In this document: piece by piece, positions 1-13,830 of the stretch
Layout of the letters: the number at the start of each line of letters is the position of its first letter
Numbering within the stretch: the first letter of the stretch is position 1
Assembly: GCF_006345805.1 (NCBI RefSeq)
Contig: NC_043004.1
Span: 57,474,001 to 57,538,000 of the forward strand
Length of the DNA stretch: 64,000 nt
Direction: 5' to 3'
From: Octopus sinensis
Lineage: Eukaryota
Notes under the pieces: generated by a model
Told to the model about the DNA's origin: nothing
The model's input: the letters and a program-made list of their open reading frames with translations, nothing else
Database searches by the model: none
Translations under genes and position numbers: made by a program

Positions 1-600
1 CCTAGCCTGAATAGAAAACTAGAATGAAGCAATAGCACACACCACAACATATGACGATAGTGGATCCTTCAAACATAATAAATACACAGATAATTAAAGA
101 AATAGAAATGAATAACTATAATATGTATATATATCTATGTATGTATGTGTATATATGTATATATGTATATGTGATAGATGTGTGTGTATATATATATATA
201 TATATTATATATTTTTTTTTTTCGATTAGATTTATTATTATTATTATTACTAATATTGTTGTTATACATACATACAAGCATATGTAATGATAATAATGGG
301 TGGATGTAAACACATGAACAAAATTAGAACAAAAGCAACAGCAACAAAAACAAAATACAAATTACAAGAATGTATATAAACAGAAGATACAAATATTACA
401 GGCATCCCCCCCACACACACTAAATAAACATAGACGCACATAGAGATATAAGAATGCGCAAATGAAGACATACAATAGAAATACAAAATGGCTGACGGTT
501 AGTAAGGAGAGACACAAATAAGTGAGAAGAAAACAAAGGACCACTGATGCGGTCACAGGAGTGTGACGAAAGAACTTTGGCCGAAATAAGATTATGATTA
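1..600 (+). mobile_element. Possible 3' end of a Penelope-like element (runs off the window start)
   Basis: Bases 1-27 read PSLNRKLE-stop, like the P-x-L-N terminus of PLE GIY-YIG ORFs. A degenerate hammerhead motif follows at 538-582, then AATAAA-like sequence. Confidence 0.35.
538..582 (+). ncRNA. Degenerate minimal type-I hammerhead ribozyme
   Basis: CUGAUGC core (A9 to C) at 544-550, then G. Perfect 6-bp stem II GUCACA-GGAG-UGUGAC at 552-567, GAAA at 568-571, short stem III AG-AA-CU, and stem I CCA/UGG. Confidence 0.4.
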
Positions 601-697
601 ATGTAAAAATAAATATCACTGAAGCAAAATAACACCAAATATATAGTGCGTGTGTTTTTATTGGCTAAACTGGCAATATGACCATTCCGAAATATAA

Positions 698-1035
<338 letters not shown>

Positions 1036-1037
1036 AC

Positions 1038-1445
1038 AGGCGCAGGAGTGGCTGTGTGGTAAGTAGCTTGTTTACCAACCACATGGTTCCGGGTTCAGTC
1101 CCACTGCGTGGCACTTTGGGCAAATGCTTTCTGCTATAGCCTCGGGCCGACCAAAGCCCTGTGAGTGGATTTGGTAGACGGAAACTGAAAGATGCCTGTC
1201 GTATATATGTATATATATGTATATGTGTGTATATGTTTGTGTGTCTGTGTTTGTCCCTCTAGCATTGCTTGACAACCGATGCTGGTGTGTTTATGTCCCC
1301 GTCACTTAGCGGTTCGGTAAAAGTGACCGATAGAATAAGTACTGGGCTTACAAAGAATAAGTCCCGGGGTCGATTTGCTCGACTAAAGCCGGTGCTCCAG
1401 CATGGCCGCAGTCAAATGACTGAAACAAGTAAGAGAGAGAGTAAG
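1038..1445 (+). mobile_element. SINE family A, full length (tRNA-like head, CORE-like segment, internal TA/TG microsatellite, CR1-type 3' tail)
   Basis: Near-identical to the copy at 54904-55325. Contains ggcactttgggcaa (CORE-like) and ends catggccgcagtcaaatgactgaaacaagtaaga. Confidence 0.85.
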
Positions 1446-2302
1446 AGTATAGAATAGTGTCAGATCTACATTAAAAGTAAGAAGTTGGCTGTGTTTTGTG
1501 TATGTACTCTTTCCTAAGAATAAACCGATATTTACAGCACTTTCCAAGAATCAACAATATCATAAAACTTAGAATTACCTCAAGTAATCTCGAAAATCAA
1601 CACTTGATACAACTGCTGTATGCTCAGTAGCTATTTTATTTGTAATTGCATTCAACTAATTGTGTGAATAGTACTAACATAAATGGAAACTGTTGTATAG
1701 AATTCGTAAACGCACTCTTAACGGTAGTGGATCTGCCAAAATCAATAATAATAGACAATCAATAAATCGCAAGTAATTATTGCTCTCAAGAAAATATCGA
1801 TTAATGATAACTGCAAATCACGTATTTATTTGGATTAATTTCTCGTTTTAGATTTGGCTGAATAAATGATTCCACACATAATTGACATTTGTGCTGAAAG
1901 TAGGACAAAACAGGAGGAAAGCAAAGCGTGTTTCTTTTTCTTTTACATAGTTTTCATAATTAGTGTCTTTCATCCATACATTAGTTGCATACTTACTCAC
2001 TTACTCACTTCGTACGTTGATATGCAGCTTACCTGGCGACCAAACGGCATGCAGTTTTGCCATTTTATCTAACTCCTATCAAAGAGGGAAGCAGATCTCC
2101 TAATTTCATGATTTCCTATGAATATTTGGCTACCAATTTATCAATCAATCAATCAATAACCAGCCAGCTAACACGCCTAAAAATGAAGCAGACGTTTAAT
2201 TGTTCTTCAACCTATCTGCCGAACAAAATATCCACCTAGAATCTTGCCACGTAGTTCACTGGTTATGCACATAAATATTTACGATAATCTTGCCGAAGCT
2301 GT

Positions 2303-2652
2303 TGCTGTCGTTGAGCGAACGGTCTTCGTCCCAGAGCTTGCAAGGTGGGAGAAGTCCGAAACGTGGTCCTTTGCTATTCGTAAGACCCACAGAAGAGAAA
2401 GCAGGTCAACCCCCGACGCCGAGAGCATCGAAGGATGGATGAATGCGGTTGCGTAGGAAGTCGGGGACAAGAAACAGGAAGAAAGGGTGAGAGAAAGAGT
2501 GGTGAAAGAGTACAGCAGGGATCACCAACCCCTGCCGGAGCCTCGTGGAGCTTTTAGGTGTTTTCACTCAATAAACATACACAACGCCCGGTCTGGGAAT
2601 CGAAACCGCGATCCTCCGACCGCGAGTCCGCTGCCCTAACCACTGGGCCACT
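2303..2652 (-). mobile_element. SINE family B head with tail type ii
   Basis: Head matches 19373 and 55570 (A box tggcccagtgg, B box ggtttcgattcc). TSD gccgaagctgt at 2292-2302 and gctgaagctgt at 2653-2663. Confidence 0.85.
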
Positions 2653-2738
2653 GCTGAAGCTGTACTTTTTAAAATAGATTTTGACCTCTGTAACTTTTTA
2701 AAGCAAAATTAAGTTAAGGGAAATATATTAATATATTT

Positions 2739-2810
2739 AGGCGGTGCTCCAGCATGGCCGCAGTCAAATGACTGAAACAAGTAAAAAAGTAAAAGAAAGA
2801 GTAAAAGAGT
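2739..2810 (+). mobile_element. Isolated 3' tail of SINE family A (5'-truncated insertion)
   Basis: ggcggtgctccagcatggccgcagtcaaatgactgaaacaagtaaaa matches the tails at ~1390-1430 and ~55260-55300. Confidence 0.8.
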
Positions 2811-4695
2811 AATATGTTACACAATTTGAAAACAAGCCCCAAACAGTAACAAATCTCGGTCAGTAAACTTGCCACCGATTATTTTAACGTGACATATGTA
2901 GATTTAGTTGCTATTTTAGTTTCACATATTTCATAGTTGTAGAATGTAAAGTTCTCTGTAAGAAGCCTATAATTGTTCCGTGGATATTGCAGTATTTGTT
3001 GGTTGTAAAGAAAACAGCCTAATATATTGATATTGTTTACGTCATCAAAATTTTATAATTTCGAGCGACGTGAAATAAATCGTTTTAAACAGAGGGACTC
3101 GAAGTAGATAAAGCTATAAATAATAGCGTGTAAACACTGGGTTAAAAAAGATCTCGGTATGAAAAAAGTCGAAGGCTGCCCACGGGACAATATTTGTACG
3201 TCTGTGGTGTTTACAGTGGATGTGGGTTCATGTCTCACGAGGAGTTTTCGACTTCTTCCATCTCAGGGTTTTTGAACCCAATATTTAAACGCTATTATAT
3301 ATCGTTATATCCACCTCCTTTGTTACCGATAAAAGTGAATAATAGCATAATATATATTTAAAGATATTGCCATGCTGCTTCAGTTAGCCATTTTATCCAT
3401 TATACATTACATTACCTTTGCATTCAAGCAAAAGTCAAATCAAGAACATTTTGACAAAAGAACTCTTACACCGTGTTTACTTGCTAACACTAACCACTCC
3501 ATTTTTTTTTTATTCAGTATCTCATTTTTTACTACGTTTTACTACGGATAGGTAAAAAGTTTGCTTCATTCATCTCTCCAATATTAAAGCAATTATAAGT
3601 GATTAAATCAAGCTGCCTCAATATGAGAAGGCAACAGATTTCTCGCTGATAGTTTAGAGTTACAGACAAGCAAGTATATTTTGCACCCAGTTTCTGGATC
3701 TACCTAGTTATCAACTGATGTTGTTATTGCTTACCCTCAACTCACTCTTGATTAAGTATACGTATGCTCGAAAGTCTACTGCAGCGTAATAACAATTAAA
3801 ATGACTATGAACTAACACAGAAATAGCAACTAAATCTCACTCAAATCACAGGCAACCAACTTTCTGAACTTTTTGTAGTCATGTCACACATTAGTATAAA
3901 AAAAATTGTTTTTCATTGTTTCAAACATTTGCACATTATTGCACATTTTTCTGTGAATGACTTTATTCAGGCATCGTTTATGATCTATTACCTTAGCCAT
4001 TGTAGTTTTAGAGATCAGCCTGTTTAAAGAAGTAAGGTCGAATATAAAGGAAAATCAGCTGATATTTCTAGCATAAGAGGTTAGTGAGATATATTTTGCT
4101 CTATTAAACCAAGACAGCATTCATAAAACAACGAATATTTCATTGATTGATACACTGATAAGTTCAAACCCAAATCTTTCCAGGTGAGGAAGTATTTAGG
4201 CGTAGAGCCAGCAGCCGATGATTGTTAATTAAAAAGAGCTTCAGAAATTGATAATATTCATTTGTAGAATGATACTGGATAAATATGTTCGCGTATGGGT
4301 GTTCGTCAGAAGTACATAAAACGCTAAGCCCCATCATCAGTCCACCTTCTCAGATAAGAAAATAAATAATTACTTTTTGAATGACTTAATGAAGCGGGAA
4401 AGCGCAGTATCAATTATGTTGCTTAGGAAATATTGAAATTAGAGGAAGGAAGGGAGGAAGTTATTCTCACACCAGAGACATGGCGCCATTAATTACAAAA
4501 AAGTAGATATGCATATGTATAAACGCACCCACACACACGCACACACTCATACAACACAAATACAGACACGTACATCTACACGCACGCACACACATGAACA
4601 CACACACACTAACACACGCACACACTAACACACATACACCATTGGCAAAACTGCAACACGGCCACGGCTGACAGATTGGAATAAGTAAAAGAATA

Positions 4696-4996
4696 TCTTT
4701 ATATATAAAACTAAAGTTGTGTGAGAGTCTGTCTACTCCGATTTAGATTCCTAACTACTCCCACATTTTGCGGTGCAGTTTAACCAAAACCGGGTATCTT
4801 ATAGTCGTTATTCATATCGAGCCCTTCAGGGTATTAGCGCGCGTCTACGATGAGTCTATGATTTAAAAAAAAATTACCATCATTTTTCCGCATGTTTAAT
4901 GATTTTGCTCGGGTTATATAAGGGAAGTAACTCTCTAAAAATGCTTTTATAGTTATTTCCCTTACAAACCCGAGCAACGCCGGGCGATACTGCTAG
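4696..4996 (+). mobile_element. Non-autonomous Helitron (~300 bp)
   Basis: Starts TC after A (4695/4696). Ends with hairpin cccg-agcaacgc-cggg (4969-4984), then CTAG (4993-4996) and T. No TSD. These are the canonical Helitron termini. Confidence 0.8.
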
Positions 4997-5163
4997 TTGG
5001 TGTATAATTGTCAGTGCAATATTCTGGATTGATCAATGAAAACATGTGCACTCTGTACTTTTGACGAAATATATACCCACATAAATAACAACGTAATCCA
5101 AATTTATCTTAAAAGAATTTTGATTATTCAAATGTAATATTGTTTTTGCCACGATTATAATTA

Positions 5164-5724
5164 TTGGGTTGTCCGGAAAGTTGGTGCCGATTTTTAAAGG
5201 AAAGAAAAAAAGTCAATAAATACTTGCCAGTATATTTTTAATCAACCAAATACGAACCAGTTTGTTACACAATGCGTCTCTATCTTTCCTTTAGCTTGAA
5301 AATAACCTCTTCCCAGAATTGAGGTGGTTTCATGGCAAAGAATTCATCAAGGTATCTTTTTACGTCATCCAAGGAATTGAAATTTTTGCCATTAAGACTA
5401 TTCTGCAAAGACCTGAAAAGTGGAAATCCGAAGGGGAAATATCTGGTGAATATGGAGGGTGGGGTAACATATCCCAGCCGAGCTGCTGCAATTTTTGTCT
5501 GGTTCCCAAAGCATCAAGTGCCGAAAATGAACTTATCTTCCATTTTAAAGTGTTACAAATTAACACAGCTAATAGGAACATAAACCTTCTTCCACGAAAA
5601 GATAGCTTAAACTGAGTTCTAAATGGAGGTGTAGTCAAATCTTATTTTATGGAGTCAACCATGTTCTAAAATAAGTCAAAATGTAAGCTACTATAAATCG
5701 GCACGAACTTTCCGGACAACCCAA
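5164..5724 (-). mobile_element. Internally deleted mariner (Tc1/mariner) element
   Basis: 30-bp TIRs ttgggttgtccggaaagttggtgccgattt with 1 mismatch, flanked by TA at 5162-5163 and 5725-5726. The minus strand encodes LGWDMLPHPPYSPDISPSDFH and a frameshifted C-terminus (YLDEFFAMKPPQFWEEVIFKL). Confidence 0.92.
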
Positions 5725-7557
5725 TAGGGTAAAGTAAAACCAAAAGCAAATCAGGATTAATATTTAAACTGTTAACTCTATTTTAAAGGGATACTTGAAA
5801 AAGGGAATATATTTAAATTTTACTGTTTGTAATAAGTAATAATGTGTAAGCATTTAATTGAGAGTTTACATACATTAGAAAGAGGGCAACTAAAATCCAT
5901 GTATTTACTTTGTAGTGAAACAGTTTCATACATATAATAAAAATCAAGAATGACTCACATTCACACGTACACATTTTAATACATATTTAAAGTTAATTGC
6001 ACTGATAGTAGATTGGTAATTCAATAAATAGGTTTGTCTCCTTAACTTTGATGCGATTGCAACACCGACTGCTATTATGACAGTACTAATAACCAGAAAA
6101 CATAAAAATATGAAAATATCTATGAAAAATAACAAATGAAACGTTATGAAGTGTTTTAAAATAGTATTTTCAACGCAAGTTTCTCGGAATTTAACTATTA
6201 TTTCATCAATGGTTCAAGATATGCAGAAGAATTCATATTTTAGTGATAGGTTTTTCGAGATAAAATAATTTCAAGCCAAAACATCCAATTTTCCTTGCCT
6301 TCTCTTCATCTCAGACAATAATTGGAAATAGAATAGCGGCTGCCGCTAAGCAATGAAACATATTAAAAAAGTTATATTTTAAAGAAGGGAAAGAAAAGAA
6401 GAAGTCTATTTAGGTATGAGAAAAATAAGCAATTTCCTCTTTAACTTGAGGACAATTATTATATATATCACGAATGTGATTTTCTTTGTACGTGTGACTA
6501 CGACAGGAATCAATAACTCTACATGAGAGGCCACATTAACTTTTGTCCAATCAGAAGAGATTCATTTTATTGGCATGGAGACATAAAGATTTAAAGGTAG
6601 AGTAAATTGGAATTTGTAACCTTTATATATTTACTAATGTATATTGTGATGTAGCAAAGTGAAAGACTAAATACACTTATTAAAACCAACTTGTCCGAAA
6701 GTTGTATGTGTTTTTGTCCACACACACACACACACAACACACACACACACACACACACACACTTCTCTCTGTCTGTCTCTCAGCCTGTCACTCTGTCTCG
6801 CTCGCTCTCACACACTAATGATCTATGACTTGGATCTATGAATCTATGGAATTTGTTAGAATCACATTGCGCGCGTATTGTGTGTGTATTCGGGAAATGG
6901 GAACCATAACTGGCTGAAAATGAATACACGATAGATACATTTAAGCACATTTGAATCATCGGCCGGCATTTAAAAACGTTAAACGCGTTGGAAACAATTC
7001 GATGGCATAACACAAAAGTTAATAAATAATCGATGATTGAGATCACTCTGTACACTTTACAAACTGCAATTTTAGATAAGCAATCGAAATAATGATGCAT
7101 CTGTAAACATTTTAATGAATTCATTTAGATCGAAAGCATTATGATTTGCTGAACATAAATCATAAGATATTATTTATTGCTACGAAATATGCAGAAAAAT
7201 TGAAACATTGTTTTCGATTACTCTCTCACGTTCTCGTGATTATCAGCATTACTAATTATTATTTCTTCAAAAAGCTTCGCAATATTTATTTCGGAGATTC
7301 ATCGTTCACTGTTCAAATCTTGCCGAGGTCTGCGTTGCCTTTCTTTCCTCTGTGGTGAATAGAATAAAATGCTGCTCAAGTATTAGGATCGAAGTAAATG
7401 ACTAACCGTCTTGTAAACGCGAGGCCTGATGTCAATATGAGAAACAACTGGTAAATATTTCTTGCTTAAGCGCAGAGTTACGTATTTTGGAAAGTTCAAC
7501 CTGTCAAATCGACTCCAGCAGTTGAATACCATTGTCGATTCCAAGCGTAAATAGTTA

Positions 7558-7843
7558 TGGTTAGAGCAAGCGGACTCACGGTCGAGTGATCGCGAGTTCG
7601 AATCTCAGACCAGGCGATGTGTATGTTTATGAGCGAAACACTTAAGCTCCACGCGGCTCCGGCAGAAGGTAATGGGGAACCTGCTGACTCTTTCACCACA
7701 ACTTTCTCTCACTCTTTCCTCCTGCATCTTGCAGCTCACTTGCGACGGACCGGTGTCCCGTCCAGGTGGGGAGCCTATACGCCAAGGAAACCGGGAAACC
7801 GGCCTTATGAGCCAGGCATGGCTTGAGAAGGAACAAACAACAA
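7558..7843 (+). mobile_element. SINE family B-related head with tail type iv
   Basis: Head and body align with family B up to the pyrimidine linker. A different tail follows (gcgacggaccggtgtcccgtccagg...gagaaggaacaaacaacaa). Confidence 0.75.
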
Positions 7844-8589
7844 TATATAAGACAAGGAACTTATGACTTGACACACTGAGGAACTTGATACTCAAACTCC
7901 TTCGCAATCACTGTAAATAACATCCATTACAATAACAGTAATCAATGTTTCAGTAATACTTGAGGATAATAATTTAACATTTATAAAAATTATCTATAAA
8001 ATCTATCTGCCAAAACATTTCGCAAACGAGCAGCATAAAAAAAATGATTAGCAGTGATTTTGAACTCTACCGCAGATTTGGCCAGAAGTGAATTTTATAA
8101 CCTGTATGTTGGATAAAGTCAAATTTAAGACATTTCAGAAAATATGATTTTATATATTATAGTGATAGCAATTATATTCACGGAATGTTATTCAGGGTTT
8201 ATGTTTATATAGGAACTCACTGTATGACTGGTAATCTTACTCCCGCTGAGATGCCAAACTAAACATATCCTACATTGTTATTGATATTACAATACTATTT
8301 CACACACATGTATATTTAAATATAAGTATGAAAATATAGGCACATATGTTTGTATATATATATATATTATAACAAAAATTTTATATCTTGGACATAGACT
8401 TACCCAAGGTTTCGCATCCATAAATACAAAATTTAAAATATCTACGTTGCAGATGTGGGGAAACGCTCAAAACTCGAGGATTACGTCTTAGCAAAAAAAA
8501 AAAAGTTAATGAAGACGAGTTATCTTCCCTGAATGTGTGTGTGGGGGAACCCTTACAGACCTGAAGCGGCCTAACTAGAAAACGGGGAG

Positions 8590-8934
8590 ATCCAATTTGA
8601 AGTGGATGCATTTAGAAAACACTTCTTTACGGCTGCCTAATGCGCCAGGTTTCTTATGGTCCTTAAGAATTTTGGCTCTCTCCGCGATGCAGACCTTGTA
8701 ACGACCATTTCCATTAATTTACGGGCCCTATTGAACAATCAATTTCCATCTGATGTCACATGGTGTCCCTTGATCTTTGAGGTACCATACATGGCGGGCC
8801 AAGGACGTAACAAACCCTCTTTCTGGGACTCTTAAAGATGACAGGTGGTTAAGAAAACGTCGCTTGAACGAAGTACTCGCAGAACTAATATATTTACACA
8901 CATGGACATGCCCTATTTGCACTCCTGGTAACAC
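8590..8934 (-). pseudogene. PLE GIY-YIG endonuclease fragment with stop codons
   Basis: KYISSASTSFKRRFLNHLSSLR...TSLARHVWYLKDQG..IRWKLI, continuing through stops as GP*INGNGRYKVCIAERAKIL..PGAL..EVFSKCIHFK. This matches the YIG...RxxxH...E...N layout of PLE endonucleases. Confidence 0.8.
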
Positions 8935-9335
8935 ATGGCGCGGGGTTAGTCATCCCATCGGTGTCGAAGATAAATATTTGGTCATCTTCTGAAGTGGCGG
9001 AACTTGGAACGGCAGATACCTCCTCCAAGTCGCTGATCTTGGATGGGTCATTATTTCAACGTGCGGTATTTGTACTAGTTCATTATCCGCAGCGGTGGTA
9101 CCGGGGTCTTCGTTGACGTCCTCTGTGACACTGGTACCGGATTGGTTCTTATCTCTGGGTGTGGGAAGTGTATTGGCGTGAGAACTAGTTAATCTGCTAA
9201 TTATATTGCTGTTTGATGGAACATCATCGTTATTGCGGATATCAGGTCTAGATATCACCATAGCCTCATAGATGTTCCCTTTAGACTCGCATCAACCTCC
9301 TACAGGAGGGTACATGTATTGTGGTTACTTGCTAA

Positions 9336-9541
9336 AATTAATTGATCATTCGGGCCCGTATATTAATGGAAGTGGCCATTGCAAGATCTGCATCGTGGAG
9401 AGAGCCAAAATTCTGAAAAACTATAAGAAACCTGGCGCATTAAACAACCATAAAGAAGAGATTTCTAAATATATCCACTTCAAGCGCTACCTACAGTTAG
9501 GCCTCTTCGGGTCTATAAGGGTTTTTCCCACCTCTAATTGA
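9336..9541 (+). pseudogene. Inverted copy of the PLE GIY-YIG C-terminus
   Basis: The supplied ORF 9272-9541 ends LIDHSGPYINGSGHCKICIVERAKILKNYKKPGALNNHKEEISKYIHFKRYL. Confidence 0.8.
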
Positions 9542-9585
9542 GCATTTCCTCACATCGGCAACGTAGATATTTTAAATTTGTATTT

Positions 9586-9650
9586 ATATAGTCTGACAAG
9601 ATGTCCACAAGGCTTTGCTTTATGGATGCGAAACCCTGGGTAACTCTATG
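9586..9650 (+). ncRNA. Type-I hammerhead ribozyme of the PLE terminal repeat (CpG-decayed)
   Basis: Core CUGACAA at 9593-9599 (G8 to A). Stem II UGUCCA/UGGAUG, GAAA at 9630-9633, palindromic stem III ACCCUGGGU at 9633-9641, GUA triplet with cut after 9642, stem I AUAUAGU/ACUCUAU (6 of 7 pairs). Confidence 0.7.
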
Positions 9651-9725
9651 TCCAAGAAATAAAATTGTTGTAATAATTACTGGTCTATTCTTTAGAGTGT
9701 ACTTCTTTCTGACATGTTTTTTTAT

Positions 9726-9790
<65 letters not shown>

Positions 9791-9838
9791 ACTTTGATAG
9801 GTTTCGGCCAGTATAGGAGCGGGCCATGTGTCTAATTT
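9791..9838 (-). mobile_element. Very short 3' stub of a CR1-clade LINE related to 59198-62826
   Basis: The minus strand reads ttagacacatggccc...tggccgaaacctatcaaagt, matching the 3' terminus of the large LINE. It abuts a (TA)n tract. Confidence 0.7.
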
Positions 9839-11218
9839 ATATATATACACACACACATACACATATATATATGTCTGTGTTTGTGTGTGTGTGTACGTAT
9901 ATGTGGTCCAAAAATAAAAAGATACAAAACGATGTTAAAGAACAAACATGTATTAGGATTACGCTTTAGAAAAATGGAAGAAGTCTTTAACGTTTCGTGC
10001 CTACGGTCTTCTACACGCGCGCGCACACGCACACACATATATGTGTGCATATATATATGTATGTATGTATGTAAATATGTATGTATGTATGCATATACGT
10101 ATATGTATCTACTCGTTCATTTCTTTATCACTTTCCTCATCTTTATTCTCGTCATACTTTCTATCTCTTCCTCAAAGATATTATAACTCATATTACGTTG
10201 TTACCACTTACATTAATGTTGACATTCTTGTTAATAATTCACAGCCATTTTCTCTCCATTTATTAATCTTACAGTTAGGTTTATAAAACACATGGTTATT
10301 TGGAAGTGTACATGTTAATGGTTTCATTAAATATATTCTCTCTAGAATAGAAAAAGCATCGAAAAATACATCAAGGGAGAAAAATCAGATTGCTAGGTCA
10401 GTAAAACCTATTTTTCTCTTTCAATTAGTAAATTGAGTTGGATATTTATGGCCCAACAGTTGGATATTATGTCGTAGCAGCCATTACCGATGTAAAGCTC
10501 TTTCACAATTTTTTATTCCAAAAGCCGATGAATTACTACAGCCAGTTATATGAATTATATACAAATACCCGCATACATATACATATGCGTCCATAGACAT
10601 TTATGGAAGCATACACACGTTAGTTATTAGTATATTGATCTGTATATGTGAGACACACGCGTATATTCATACAACCTTATGCTTACATACACATACAAAT
10701 GATGTTTAGAATGACACATATCTTCGTATTCGGTACAAACAATAAGAAACTACGGCGTCGTGAGTAAACAGGGTCTTAGTAATTATTCTGTAGCCTTTGG
10801 TAAAGATATGAAACAAATACGAAATATTTTATGCTTGAAACGTCCTCCCTGCTTTCGTTAGAACATGTTTTCTATAAGGAATGTATTTATATACCTTCTT
10901 TGCATTCGAATATTCATAACATTTGATTTGAGAAATGGAAATCGATCAGTAAAGCATATATTAATCCATATTAAATTGTCATACACACAAGTTGATCTGT
11001 TCATGTCCCGCGTAACTTAAGGCTACGAAAGATGTATGGATTTCAAATCAAGTGAAACAATCTAGGGAGTAACATGTATTACATCCATCTCTGTCACAGC
11101 TTATCAGTAGAATATATATCATGCTGGCACTATCGGGAATATTTCGCAGTAATTCTAAATCGGCTATCGATTACAATAAATGTCAAAGAAGTAAATTCCG
11201 GAGGACCGATTGTATGAA

Positions 11219-11275
<57 letters not shown>

Positions 11276-11939
11276 TAATATATATATTACATATATACAT
11301 TCATACTATATGCACATATATATGTGCATGCCTATGTATGTATATATATATATATATGCTTATACACGTACACATAAATATGCACATACATATATATACA
11401 TATGTATATATATATATATATATACACAAATATATATAAATATATATATATATATCATGTATATACATCTTTATGTTTATACTTTAAGACACATGCGCTC
11501 ACATCCATATTATTTTGACACTACAGGAAACGACATGAAGCACTCACAGACAATAAAAATTACGAAAAGGGAAGAGAATGACTATAAAGGAATTTTACAT
11601 CATGGTTGCAACAGCAACAAAAAGAACGAGGGCTGACATAAAATGTAATCAGAAGTTTGGCAGTGCATAACTGTAGTTACAGCAGTGAAAAGAAGAATAA
11701 CAGCAATAGCAACGACAATCACCTCGTTTATTTAATAGAAGCCGGGGCAGTGGCAATATGGACTAAAATAATAATACCTTTGAAATAAACTATTATTTCT
11801 ATTTTTATGAATAATATCAGGCAACAACGTTGTGTATCTTAATTTATTGCTAAATTTAGTAGCTTAGTTAGAAATCTTTTTCTTTCTCTCACACTCTCTT
11901 TCTATTGCTATGTATGTGTCACATACATACACACACACA

Positions 11940-12086
11940 TATATATATATGCATGCGTATGAGTGTGTGTGTTTCTGTGCTTTTATGTATACATACATAC
12001 GTACTTATATATGTATGTATAAATATATATATATATATATATATGTATAAATATGTATATGTATATATATGTATAAATATGTATAT

Positions 12087-12150
<64 letters not shown>

Positions 12151-12374
12151 ATGTATATGTATATATATATATATGTATATATATGATATATATATATGTA
12201 TATATGTATATATATATATATAATGTATATATATATATATTATATATATATATGTATATGTATATATATATATATGTATATATATATATTATAATATATA
12301 TGTATATATATTATATATGTATATATATATATATGTATAATATATGTATATATGTATATATATATATATATGTA

Positions 12375-12431
<57 letters not shown>

Positions 12432-12542
12432 ATATATATATATATATGTATATATATGTATATTATATATATATATATATATATATATGTATAATATATA
12501 TATATGTATATATATGTATAATATATATATATATGTATATAT

Positions 12543-12590
<48 letters not shown>

Positions 12591-12770
12591 TATATATATG
12601 TATATATATATTATGTATATATGTATATATATAATATATATATATATGTATATAGATACGTATATAGATATGTATATATATATATATATATATTATATGT
12701 ATATATATGTATATATAAGTATATATATTATATATATATACATACACGTATATATTTGTACATACACATA

Positions 12771-12806
<36 letters not shown>

Positions 12807-12830
12807 TATATATACACATTTGTATTTATA
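11940..12830. repeat. Large interrupted (TA)n microsatellite (~900 bp)
   Basis: Seen directly. It is the source of many spurious YIYI ORFs. Confidence 0.95.
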
Positions 12831-13294
12831 CATATAAACCGCACACATACATATACATACACAGACAAATATATGTTTATGTATATTTATGTGTGTGTGT
12901 GATTCTATGTATGTTTGTACGTATGCATTAAAAAACCTGTAGAATGCCATTTTCATCTTTATCTCGATGACATTCATTCCTCTGAGGTTATTTACAACAT
13001 TCATCTTTGCAGTCTGTATTCTTTCTCTGTATTATACTCTTGGTATCGAAATCGAACCTTCATATCATATATACTATTTATACTTGTCGGTGTAGCTTGT
13101 CACAGCTTCATTAATTTATCGACCTGTAGAGAATTTAAGCAAAACAATTGTTAAATGTTATCAGCAGTGTTTATTAGGGAGTAGACGCATGTCTTTACAG
13201 GTGCACTTCACTATATATTAATATGTATATAATTTCGGTGCGAATGTTTTTTTTTTCATACGGCGCCGTTTTTACAATCCTGTGAATAATAATA

Positions 13295-13489
13295 ATGGTA
13301 TTTTTATATAAGCTTAAAGCTTATGGCGATCACTGTACAATGACTAAGGAAAATAGTCTAATATTGGGCATATAGGCCCCGCGTGGATAGGAAATAAGGC
13401 CTTCCTCTCATGCGGATAGGAAAGCCTTCGTTTTTCTGTCAAGGGCTTTATATGCCCCTTTATTAGACTATCTTATATAAAAATACCAT
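13295..13489. mobile_element. Small fold-back (MITE-like) element
   Basis: Perfect 18-bp outer inverted repeat atggtatttttatataag at 13295-13312 and 13472-13489. Inner imperfect inverted repeat tagtctaata..gggcatata..gccc at 13354-13379 and 13443-13470. Confidence 0.55.
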
Positions 13490-13689
13490 ATATATATTAA
13501 TATACATATCAATATAAATTGTTTAGTCGGCGATTAAAAAATCTAAAGATATTCATCGAACATACCCTCTTTTTAATCTTTTCATCTTGAAGTTGATGAA
13601 ATCGTCCCCAGTAATCATATCTTTAAGCCTCGTTTTACTGAACTGTTAAGTTAAGTGAAAGGACATAATCAAAACAAACAGTTTTATAT

Positions 13690-13830
13690 TTAAGAGACGA
13701 GGAATTAAGTACATCATTTACATTTGACGGATATGTTGTTTGTTGTTAACACAATGTTTCGGCTGATATACCCTCCAGATATACCATTCATCAGATATCT
13801 TGAGGAAATTTCGAACGTGGGTATTTTCCG
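13690..13830 (-). mobile_element. PLE-type terminal repeat fragment with degenerate hammerhead (13748-13799)
   Basis: Minus strand: gatat-CUGAUGA-...cuggaggguauaucagcc-GAAA-CAUU-gugtt. Homologous to 14040-14110 and 42100-42240. Confidence 0.65.

Larger units (their letters stand above)
8365..9677. mobile_element. Penelope-like element remnant with inverted duplication (minus copy ~8365-9265, plus copy ~9336-9677)
   Basis: Arms ~8365-8747 and ~9336-9677 are reverse complements (about 85% identity by hand over 130 nt). Both encode the GIY-YIG endonuclease C-terminus, and the plus arm carries a hammerhead. Confidence 0.85.

Noticed and set aside
4295-4345. CUGAUGA on the minus strand
   Set aside because: No pairing stem II and no GAAA at a suitable distance, so a chance hit.
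11121-12837. Long YIYI/ICIY-type ORFs here and at 29843-31186, 34520-35001, 38824-40721, 43953-45195, 50445-50903 and 63103-63770
   Set aside because: (TA)n and (TG)n repeats are often stop-free by construction. These are microsatellite artefacts, not proteins.
12945-13115. Minus-strand segment bounded by ctacAG and cagGT that looks like an exon
   Set aside because: Stops in all three frames shortly after the acceptor and a weak donor (GTTTTT). Only a non-coding exon remains possible and nothing supports it.
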